Shown: positions 1 to 7,201 of the stretch, one piece after another
Numbering within the stretch: position 1 is the stretch's first letter
Layout of the letters: the number at the start of each line of letters is the position of its first letter
Assembly (NCBI GenBank): GCA_046726415.1
Contig: JBKPAK010000336.1
Location: 1 to 15,758 of the forward strand
DNA length: 15,758 nt
Direction: 5' to 3'
DNA from: Candidatus Methylomirabilota bacterium
GTDB taxonomy: Bacteria > Methylomirabilota > Methylomirabilia > Rokubacteriales > CSP1-6
The notes under the pieces: model-generated
What the model was told of the DNA's origin: nothing
Seen by the model: only the letters and a program-made list of their open reading frames with translations
Databases searched by the model: none
Program-made: the position numbers and the translations under genes

Positions 1-359
1 GGCGCCTGCTGATCTGCGTCCCGGATGATCGACGTTGCGACGAGGTGGCGGCCATCGCGGGACATGACGCCAATGACGCTAACGCGTTCGCCCGGCCGCA
101 TGTACGCGTAGTCACTCTGCGCAAGCTGGCGGAGATCACAGCTGACGTTCAGGGATGGGCCCGGCACGGGCACCAAATATTGACCGTAAATCTGATATTC
201 AGGCGCCGACGGTACATCCGTTCGGAGCGTGAGGGTGTTGCCGGAAATCCACAGGACCGTTCCATCGACCCGAACATGCTGCTGCGCGGTTGTCAGTGAC
301 AATGGCGCAGCGACGGCGGCGATAGCGAGGATCAGGGCGGCGAACATGCGGCTCATCAT
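1..359 (-). CDS. Secreted hypothetical protein, runs off the left window edge (MMSRMFAALILAIAAVAAPLSLTTAQQHVRVDGTVLWISGNTLTLRTD...RPGERVSVIGVMSRDGRHLVATSIIRD...)
   Basis: Translated by hand; absent from the ORF track because it is truncated. The frame is open from ATG 359 to the edge, with a GGAGGG RBS upstream and an ATGA overlap with the stop of ORF 356..601. It has a Sec-type signal peptide and a beta-rich, OB-fold-like pattern. Confidence 0.75.
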   Translation of the reverse strand, partial: MMSRMFAALILAIAAVAAPLSLTTAQQHVRVDGTVLWISGNTLTLRTDVPSAPEYQIYGQYLVPVPGPSLNVSCDLRQLAQSDYAYMRPGERVSVIGVMSRDGRHLVATSIIRDADQQA

Positions 360-601
360 GGGCCCTCCAGCTTCGCCAGGGCCGCTCGGAGTAGGTGGGC
401 TACCTTCCGGTCGCGGGCCTCGCCGGTCTCCGCCTGACGCTGGCGACTGAGCGCGGCCCGGCACTTCCCCGAGCAGGACTTCTGACGTCCCTGGAGTGCT
501 GCGCGGCAGATGGGACATGCCCGCGATGCTACCTGAGAGGCACCTACAAGCGCACGTGCGGCTTCTGGCGAGACGTCTCGGTGCTCGGGGTGTCTCGGCA
601 T
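356..601 (-). CDS. Small Cys4 Zn-binding protein (CPIC...CSGKCR followed by a basic helix)
   Basis: CxxC-x11-CSxxCR motif and ATGA coupling to the downstream gene. The start codon is uncertain. Confidence 0.55.
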   Translation of the reverse strand: MPRHPEHRDVSPEAARALVGASQVASRACPICRAALQGRQKSCSGKCRAALSRQRQAETGEARDRKVAHLLRAALAKLEGP

Positions 602-660
602 GGGGTGGGCTTAACTCCCCTCCTCGTGGTACCCGTGTATGCCAAACTAGGCGCGACGGG

Positions 661-1338
661 ATGCGCATCCTGGTAGCCGAGGACGAGCGGAAGGTGGCCA
701 ACTTCATCCGACAAGGCCTGGAAGAGGAAGGCCATGCCATCGAGGTGGCGGCCGACGGCGAGACGGCGCTCGAGCTGATCCTCCACAGTCCCCCGTACGA
801 TCTTCTCGTCCTCGACGTCATGTTGCCCAAGCGCGATGGCTTCGCCATCTTACGGGCCATGCGCGGGCGCGGGATCAAGACGCCGGCCCTCGTCCTCACC
901 GCCCGCGACTCCGTGACCGACAAGGTCGCCGGGCTCGACGTGGGCGCGGACGACTATCTCACCAAGCCCTTCGCGTTCGAGGAGTTTCTCGCGCGCGTGC
1001 GCGCACTCCTGCGCCGCGGCGGCGACACGCGGACCCCGACGCTCCGGGTGGGGAATCTGCTCCTCGATCCCGCGCGACGCGACGTGCGCCGGGGCGAGCG
1101 GCGCATCACCCTCACCACCCGTGAGTACGCGCTCCTCGAGTACTTCATGCGGAATGCCGGGCGCATCCTCACCCGCCCCATGATCACCGAGCACGTGTGG
1201 GGGCTGGACTTCGATCCGGAGAGCAACGTCGTCGACGTGTACGTCGGCTACCTGCGGCGCAAGATCGACGGTGAGGGTGAGCCGCCGTTGCTCCGCACCG
1301 TGCGCGGCGCGGGGTACACGCTCAAGGCCGAGCAGTGA
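661..1338 (+). CDS. OmpR-family response regulator (CusR/CzcR/CopR-like)
   Basis: MRILVAEDE, LDVMLP (phospho-Asp), GADDYLTKPF, and a winged helix ending ..NVVDVYVGYLRRKID..RTVRGAGY. The true start is ATG 661, not 496. Confidence 0.95.
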   Translation: MRILVAEDERKVANFIRQGLEEEGHAIEVAADGETALELILHSPPYDLLVLDVMLPKRDGFAILRAMRGRGIKTPALVLTARDSVTDKVAGLDVGADDYLTKPFAFEEFLARVRALLRRGGDTRTPTLRVGNLLLDPARRDVRRGERRITLTTREYALLEYFMRNAGRILTRPMITEHVWGLDFDPESNVVDVYVGYLRRKIDGEGEPPLLRTVRGAGYTLKAEQ

Positions 1339-2732
1339 TGCGCCCGCTCTCCATTCGGAGCCGCCTGACCATCTGGTACTCGCTCATCCTCCTCGTCATC
1401 CTTCTGCTGGTCGGTGGCCTGTCGTATTCGCTGCTGCGCACGCGGCTCTTGCACGACGTGGACGCCTCGCTACTCACGGTGGCCCAAGCCATCCAGAACA
1501 CGACGCCACCCGCCGTCGAGGCAGGGCGCGATCCGACCGAGCAGGCGCTGCGCCAGTTCCTGGGTGCCGAGCTGTACGACAAGTTCTTCCAGCTGCTCGA
1601 TCCCGAGGGGCGCCTGCGCCTGCGCTCACCCCAGCCGCGTGACGACCGCTTGCCTCTTTCGGAAGAGGCGCGCCGCAATGCCGCCGCCGGCCGGAGCACC
1701 TTCGAGACGGTCGACCTCTCTCCCCAGGGACGAACGCGCCTGTTGACCATCCCGGTCATGCGCGAGGCGCGCGTCGTGCAGCTGGTGCAAGTTGGCCTTC
1801 CCCTCGAGCGCACGCAGCAAGCCCTGACCCGTTATGCCCAAACGCTGCTGCTGGTGATTCCGGCCGGCGTGGCCCTCGCGGCCATGGGCGGCGCGGCCCT
1901 CGCCCGCGCCGCCCTGCGGCCGGTGGACATGATGTCGGCCGCAGCGCGGCGCATCACGGCGGAGGACCTCGCGCAGCGCGTTGCCCCGCGCGGCGCAGGC
2001 GACGAGCTGGATCGGCTGGCCGAGACGCTGAACGCCATGCTCGGACGGCTGGAGGCGACCTTCGGGCAGATGCGGCGCTTCGCGGCCGATGCCGCACACG
2101 AGCTGCGCACGCCCCTCACGACCCTCAAGGGCAGCATGGAAGTGGCCCTGCGCGCCGAACGAGCGCCCGACGAGTATCGCCGCGTGCTCGCCTCGAATCT
2201 CGACGACGTGGAGCACCTCATCAGGCTGGCCGAAGACCTCCTGCTCCTCTCGCGCGCCACCGCGGGTCTCGAAGTCCCGCGGCGGCCCGTCGAGCTGGAG
2301 CCTCTGGTCCTCGAGGCCCTGGACCTGGGCGTCCAGATCGGTCAGCGAGCCGGCGTCACCGTGCGCGCCAAAGAGCTGACGCCCCTCACGGTACGGGGCG
2401 AAGAGGCCGCCCTGCGCCGGGCGGTGATCAATCTGGTCGAGAACGCCGTCAAGTACACGCCAACGGGCGGCGCGGTGGAGATCGCGCTCACCCGCGCCGA
2501 CGGCGCAGCCACCCTCAGCGTGGCCGATACCGGGATCGGCATCCCCGCGGCTGATACGGAGCGCATCTTCGAACCGTTCGTGCGGCTCGACGCCGCGCGG
2601 GCCCGGGCCACCGGTGGCACCGGTCTCGGTCTCGCCATCGCGCGCTCCATCGTGGCCGCCCACGGCGGGGCGATCACCGTCGAGACCACTCCGGGAGCCG
2701 GGAGCCGCTTCACCATCCGCCTGCCCCTCTGA
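1338..2732 (+). CDS. HAMP-domain sensor histidine kinase (CusS/CzcS-like)
   Basis: Two TM segments, a HAMP domain, H-box AHELRTPL, N-box NLVENAVKY, G1 DTGIGI and G2 GTGLGLAI. TGATG overlap with the response regulator stop. Confidence 0.95.
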   Translation: MRPLSIRSRLTIWYSLILLVILLLVGGLSYSLLRTRLLHDVDASLLTVAQAIQNTTPPAVEAGRDPTEQALRQFLGAELYDKFFQLLDPEGRLRLRSPQPRDDRLPLSEEARRNAAAGRSTFETVDLSPQGRTRLLTIPVMREARVVQLVQVGLPLERTQQALTRYAQTLLLVIPAGVALAAMGGAALARAALRPVDMMSAAARRITAEDLAQRVAPRGAGDELDRLAETLNAMLGRLEATFGQMRRFAADAAHELRTPLTTLKGSMEVALRAERAPDEYRRVLASNLDDVEHLIRLAEDLLLLSRATAGLEVPRRPVELEPLVLEALDLGVQIGQRAGVTVRAKELTPLTVRGEEAALRRAVINLVENAVKYTPTGGAVEIALTRADGAATLSVADTGIGIPAADTERIFEPFVRLDAARARATGGTGLGLAIARSIVAAHGGAITVETTPGAGSRFTIRLPL

Positions 2733-2764
2733 CTTTACTTCACCGTCCGCCTGCCGCTCTGACT
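2708..2764 (+). repeat. Tandem duplication of the kinase 3' end (two 27-bp copies, period 30)
   Basis: cttcaccatccgcctgcccctctgact (2708-2734) versus cttcaccgtccgcctgccgctctgact (2738-2764), with 2 mismatches. Confidence 0.9.
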
Positions 2765-2794
2765 CATGAGATGCGGATTCGACAGGCCCCGACG

Positions 2795-4003
2795 TCACTC
2801 GTCTCGAGTCCGACCTCGGGCAACCAGCGGGCGCAGTCGCGGGAGCACGGCCGCCACCACGAGGGCGAGCGCCGTCAAGGCAAGCCAGGCCATCCGGTAG
2901 GAGTCCGTTAACTCCACCAGTGCTCCGAAGAGCGGCGGCCCCATGAGGACCCCGCCCCATGCGAAGATCACGCTAAGCCCGGTCATGAGACCGGCGAAGC
3001 GCGGTCCGCCGATCTCCGCCATCAACGCGAAGTAAAGGCCGACCCAACCGAATGCCCCAACCCCGGCCACGAACGCGGCGACGCTCGCGAGCAACGGCGG
3101 GACAGCCGCGCCGAGGGCAAACGTCGCGAAGCTCGCCGCGGCCACGAGCGCGTTGATGGCCAGTCCCGGTCGCCGGCGGCCACCGAAGCACCGGTCGCTG
3201 ACCACGCCCCAGCCCAGGCGTCCCGTGGCTCCCCCGAGGTGGGCTAAAGCCAAGAGCCGCGCCGCGTCGATGCTCGAGAGATCGAACGTATCGCGGGCAT
3301 AGAGGACGAGGTAGCTGAGCACCGACGATTGTGCGACACCGAGCGCGAGGCCGCACGCAAGGACGGCGCCGACCCCTGGACGACGCACGATCGGGGCGAG
3401 ATCGGCGAGCCGGGGCCCCCTCAGGGACACGGTGGCCGACCGGCCCGCTGCGCCGCGATAGATCGCCGCCACGAGCACGGCTGAGGCCACGGAGACCGCT
3501 CCGCCCGCGGCCAGCGCGGTTCGCCACCCGAAGGTCACTGCGAGGGGTGGCAGCGCCAACGCGGACGCGACACCACCGAGCGTGAGCCCCGCCTGTTTGA
3601 CGCCCATGGCCAAGCCGCGCTCGCCAGGCGGAAACCAGTCGAAGACCGCTCGCCCAGTCGTCGGGTTGAGGACGCTGAAGCCGAAGCCTGCCAGGACCAG
3701 GAGGGCGAGGAATGCGGGTAAGGCGCTGACAAGGGCGGCCAGCGCCACGGCCGCTCCCGTCAGCGTCAGTCCGGCCACCAGCAGCGGCGCAACCCCGAAT
3801 CGCTCAGTGAGCCAGCCCGCGGGCAGCGACATGGCCACCCCGCCGAGGTAGACCGCCGGCACACACAGTCCGATCTGCATGCGCGAGAGTTCGAGCCCGT
3901 CCAGGAGGAACGGCGTGAGGGGGGCCACCGCGAGCGCCGCGAGCGAGCCGAGCCCGTGCGCGGAGCTCATGAGGGCCAGCACCGCCCAGCGCACGCGCCG
4001 CAC
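2795..4003 (-). CDS. MFS transporter
   Basis: About 12 hydrophobic segments, motif A-like GWLTERFG and GVVSDRCFGGRRR, and WFPPGERGLAMG. GTG start with a weak RBS. Confidence 0.9.
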   Translation of the reverse strand: MRRVRWAVLALMSSAHGLGSLAALAVAPLTPFLLDGLELSRMQIGLCVPAVYLGGVAMSLPAGWLTERFGVAPLLVAGLTLTGAAVALAALVSALPAFLALLVLAGFGFSVLNPTTGRAVFDWFPPGERGLAMGVKQAGLTLGGVASALALPPLAVTFGWRTALAAGGAVSVASAVLVAAIYRGAAGRSATVSLRGPRLADLAPIVRRPGVGAVLACGLALGVAQSSVLSYLVLYARDTFDLSSIDAARLLALAHLGGATGRLGWGVVSDRCFGGRRRPGLAINALVAAASFATFALGAAVPPLLASVAAFVAGVGAFGWVGLYFALMAEIGGPRFAGLMTGLSVIFAWGGVLMGPPLFGALVELTDSYRMAWLALTALALVVAAVLPRLRPLVARGRTRDE

Positions 4004-4014
4004 TAACGAAGACG

Positions 4015-4160
4015 AGCAGGCTGTTGAAGAACCCTGGGGCGGCTCGACAAGCCCAGATGCGCGGTGGCGCCGACGGCGGCATGCGAGGCATCTCCCCTGG
4101 GGCGCGCGCGTCGCCGAGGACGCCGACGAAGCAGATGGGCCTTCTTCAGGAGCCTGCTAG
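4015..4160. mobile_element. Non-autonomous MITE/REP-like element with terminal inverted repeats
   Basis: agcaggctgttgaagaa (4015-4031) matches the reverse complement of ttcttcaggagcctgct (4142-4158) at 15/17. Internal arms are gcccagatgc / gcagatgggc. The element ends in CTAG. Confidence 0.7.
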
Positions 4161-5161
4161 AGCTTCACCAACAGCTTGCCGAAATTCTCACCCCGGAGAA
4201 GACCGATGAAGGCGCGCGGCGCGGACTCCAGGCCGTGCACGACGTCTTCGCGGTACTTGAGCCGGCCTTCGGCGTACCAGCGCCCGCACTCGGCGAGAAA
4301 ATCGGGCATCCGGTCGGCGTGGTCCGACACGATGAAGCCCTGCACGAGGACGCGGCCGGTGAGCAGCGGACGCCAGTCTGGTCCGCCGACCGCCCCGGTG
4401 GCATTGTATTGGGCGATGAGCCCGCAGAGCGGAATGCGGGCGCGGACGTTGACGAGGCGCAGCACGGCGCTCAGCACCGCGCCTCCCACGTTCTCGAAGT
4501 ACACGTCGATGCCCTTCGGACACGCAGCCCGGAGTTGCTCGAAGAAGTCCGAGTCCTTGTAGTTCACGCAGGCGTCGAAGCCCAGCTCGCGGACCACATA
4601 GTCGCACTTGGCCGCGGAGCCAGCGATGCCGACCGCTCGGCAGTCCTTGATCTTGGCGATCTGCCCCACCACGGAACCCACGGCCCCCGCGGCGGCCGAT
4701 ACCACCACCGTCTCGCCGGGCTGGGGGCGTCCCAGATCGAGCAGGCCCACGTAGGCCGTCATGCCCGGCATCCCGAGCACGCCGAGCCCCGTCGAAATGG
4801 GCGCCTGCTTGGGGTCGAGCTTGCGGAATCCCCCACCCTTCGCCACGCCAAAGGTCTGCCACCCGTTGAAGTTCACAACGATGTCGCCGCGCGCACACGC
4901 GGGATGGCGCGACTCGAGGACCTCAGCGATCGTGCCGCCCACCATCACGTCGCCCAGCTCGGGATTCATACCGCCGGTATAGGAGCGCCCCTCGTTCATG
5001 CGGCCCCGCATGTAGGGATCCAGCGAAAGATAGATCGTCCTGCTCAGGACTTCACCGTCCCCCGGCTTCGGCACGGGCGACTCCACGAGTTCGAAGTCAT
5101 CAAGCTGCGGCTCGCCCATGGGGCGACGGCGCAGCACGATCTGCCGGTTGACGGAGGTCAT
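4157..5161 (-). CDS. NADP-dependent oxidoreductase, MDR family (PTGR/CurA/YncB-like)
   Basis: YLSLDPYMRGRM, LGMPGMTAYVGL, AAAGAVGSVVGQIAK, GIDVYFENVGG, GENFGKLLV. GGAGGAG RBS before ATG 5161. Confidence 0.95.
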   Translation of the reverse strand: MTSVNRQIVLRRRPMGEPQLDDFELVESPVPKPGDGEVLSRTIYLSLDPYMRGRMNEGRSYTGGMNPELGDVMVGGTIAEVLESRHPACARGDIVVNFNGWQTFGVAKGGGFRKLDPKQAPISTGLGVLGMPGMTAYVGLLDLGRPQPGETVVVSAAAGAVGSVVGQIAKIKDCRAVGIAGSAAKCDYVVRELGFDACVNYKDSDFFEQLRAACPKGIDVYFENVGGAVLSAVLRLVNVRARIPLCGLIAQYNATGAVGGPDWRPLLTGRVLVQGFIVSDHADRMPDFLAECGRWYAEGRLKYREDVVHGLESAPRAFIGLLRGENFGKLLVKL

Positions 5162-5400
5162 TGGCACTCCTCCTCGTCATGCTCGGCCGGAATCCGGCCG
5201 GTCTGTATCCTAGAAGCTACATCCTGACTGGTTGCGGTGTGCCTATTGCGCCCGTCCCTGCCCGGTGATCCTCGAGGTCGCCGGGGAGTCACCAGGGCCC
5301 CGTCTGATCCAGAGATCCACAACACTTCAGTATCTTGAATACCTCATCGTAAGATTCAAGGTGAAACCATGACGCCATTGTTGAGGTGTGGGCAGTGACC

Positions 5401-5416
5401 TGGCGCGCCGAATGCT
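5401..5416 (+). promoter_or_regulatory. Putative sigma54 (-24/-12) promoter
   Basis: TGGCGCG-CCGA-ATGCT versus consensus TGGCACG-N4-TTGCW, with correct GG-N10-GC spacing, about 40 bp before an ORF with an RBS. Confidence 0.65.
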
Positions 5417-5456
5417 GCGTCTCAGGCGTCTAACGTGTATGGGGAGGGAGCCACCT

Positions 5457-5648
5457 ATGCTACGTGACGTGCGAACCGTTCGTCCCAGTCTGCATGTGCC
5501 GTTGAATCGCCTCGCGCTGTGTCTGGACTGCGAGGAATGCTTCGAAGTAGGCCTCGATGCGTGCCCGGCGTGCAGCAGTGCGAGCTGGGTGTCGCTGGCC
5601 CGCTTCATCGGGGGCGGCGTCCCCTCGACGGTGTCGTCGGCCGCCTGA
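5457..5648 (+). CDS. 63-aa Zn-ribbon microprotein (CLDC...CPAC)
   Basis: GGAGGGAG RBS before ATG 5457 and two CxxC pairs (LCLDCEECFEVGLDACPACSS). Confidence 0.75.
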   Translation: MLRDVRTVRPSLHVPLNRLALCLDCEECFEVGLDACPACSSASWVSLARFIGGGVPSTVSSAA

Positions 5649-5669
5649 CCGACGTCGCAGGTTCGGGTA

Positions 5670-6509
5670 TTACGCCAGGTCGCCCCACGTCACCATGCCA
5701 GTCCCGGAGCGCCAGGCCAAGGCGGGCGTGTAGGCCAGCACGTCGGCGGGACCACGCGTGAAGGCGAGGACGACAATCCACGCCAGCAGCTCCGCTGTAC
5801 CGCCCGAGCCGGCTTCCTCCATGCGCGAGAGCGTGCACTCGCGCAGGAGGGCCTGGTGGTCTCCCTTCTCCAGCATGTCGAGGAACCACCGGTCGAACTC
5901 CTCGTCGACCCAGAAATAGCGCGGGCCGCCCGGTTCGTGAGACAGCCCGCCGGTGGCGACCACTGCGATGCGGTCGGAGTCGGGAAACGCTCGCAGCGCG
6001 TCTCGCAGAACCGTGCCGACCTCGTACGCGCGTTGCGGCGTCGGAATGGGAGGCACCGTGCAGTTCATCGTGACCGGCACCAGGCGGACGCGGGCGTCGG
6101 GGTTCAGGTAGTGTGTTGGCACGGAGATGCCGTCGTCGAACTGCATCTCCCTTAGATACGCGAGGGCGAGGCGGCGCCGGGCGCTCTCGTTCACCATCCA
6201 TCGCGCTAGGGCGGGATGGCCCGGCACGCGGTACTTCTCCATAGCGAGCCACTCGTCGAACCAGTCGGCCGGCCCCACGTGCTCGTCGGCGATCCCCACC
6301 GTGTACTCGGGAACGTTGTTGATGGGCCAGTTGAGCAGATGATCGTTGCTGAACATCACCAGCACGTCGGGGCGGGCCGCCTCCAGGCGCCGCCGCATCT
6401 CGGCGGTGGCCCCCAACACCAGCCGCTGGTCGGTCTCGGAGGCGCGGCTGAACCAACCGGTGAGCCCAGGCGAATGCGTCATGGCCATGGCGGCGACGAT
6501 CTGGGCCAT
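5670..6509 (-). CDS. Class III extradiol ring-cleavage dioxygenase, LigB-like beta subunit
   Basis: MAQIVAAMAMTHSPG, PDVLVMFSNDHL, ATGGLSHEPGG, VDEEFDRWFL and a conserved Glu in GTAELLAW. The start is ATG 6509. Confidence 0.9.
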   Translation of the reverse strand: MAQIVAAMAMTHSPGLTGWFSRASETDQRLVLGATAEMRRRLEAARPDVLVMFSNDHLLNWPINNVPEYTVGIADEHVGPADWFDEWLAMEKYRVPGHPALARWMVNESARRRLALAYLREMQFDDGISVPTHYLNPDARVRLVPVTMNCTVPPIPTPQRAYEVGTVLRDALRAFPDSDRIAVVATGGLSHEPGGPRYFWVDEEFDRWFLDMLEKGDHQALLRECTLSRMEEAGSGGTAELLAWIVVLAFTRGPADVLAYTPALAWRSGTGMVTWGDLA

Positions 6510-6549
6510 CACCCTCGCCCGGTGCGCTGAACGATCTGGGCCATCACCC
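6496..6549 (-). repeat. Exact 19-bp direct repeat of the ligA-stop/ligB-start junction, enclosing the mini-ORF MAQIVQRTGRG (6509..6544)
   Basis: acgatctgggccatcaccc occurs at 6496-6514 and 6531-6549. Confidence 0.9.
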
Positions 6550-6888
6550 GCCGCCTGCGAGCCGCGCCTGGAGGGCCATGGCCTTCGCCGTCTCGGCGGG
6601 GAAGGCCCGCCTGTAGCATTCCAGCACCGCGCTGGCATTGGAATTGTGAGCCGCGCCGAAGAAGACGCGGAGAATCTGCGGGACGTAGTACTGGTGGACG
6701 CCGAGGTCCATGAGCCGGCGCGGATCCTTGGCCCGAATCGCCTCCACCTCCTCCCGGGAGAGGCCGAATTGCCGAGCGACCCCGTCGAGGTCGCGGACGA
6801 AGCGCTCGCGCAAGGCCGGGTCGCGCCGGAGGGCAAACATCATCTCGTTGGTCGGCAGGGTCTTGTCACATCGCTCGACGTTACCCAT
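6544..6888 (-). CDS. LigA-like small (alpha) subunit of an aromatic ring-opening dioxygenase
   Basis: NEMMFAL..DPALRERF..D......FGLS.EE..AI...D...L..LGVH pattern, GAGGGG RBS, and position directly upstream of the ligB-like gene. Confidence 0.85.
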   Translation of the reverse strand: MGNVERCDKTLPTNEMMFALRRDPALRERFVRDLDGVARQFGLSREEVEAIRAKDPRRLMDLGVHQYYVPQILRVFFGAAHNSNASAVLECYRRAFPAETAKAMALQARLAGGG

Positions 6889-7201
6889 TGCGCGTGTCCC
6901 TCGCCAGCTGGGGGTTCACCTTGACGAATATGATCGCGCCGCGCTCGGCCCCGGATTGCGCACCATCGCAGGGGGGTTTCGCGATGGCCTCGGCCGGAAC
7001 TCCACCTCGTCCATGCGGGTTACCTCCCCGTCGCGCTCGACGATCAGTCTAGCCCAGCCGCCCCGCGGTCGTACACCCGAGGGTGACGCCTCGTCTCGCC
7101 CGACTGCGATCGCGATTGTTCACAGGAAAGTTCCCGAAAAATCCGGTACTCTCTGCCTCGGCGCGCTAGGCGCCGCAACCTGTCGAGGAGGTCACACACC
7201 C

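Noticed and set aside
496..660. N-terminal extension of the response regulator in the ORF track
   Set aside because: The receiver domain starts at MRILVAED (661). The extension is not domain-like and overlaps the opposite-strand Cys4 ORF.
2708..2764. Possible mini-CRISPR array
   Set aside because: Only two copies 3 bp apart, the repeat is coding sequence, and there are no cas genes.
6510..6836. 388-aa ligB ORF extension or a LigA-LigB frameshift fusion
   Set aside because: The extension is an off-frame read of ligA with Ser/Arg/Ala-rich composition, and I saw no slippery site. LigB homology starts at 6509.
6710..7201. 373-aa extended peroxiredoxin
   Set aside because: A strong RBS and the family N-terminus are at 7202. 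The upstream frame is open by chance in GC-rich DNA.
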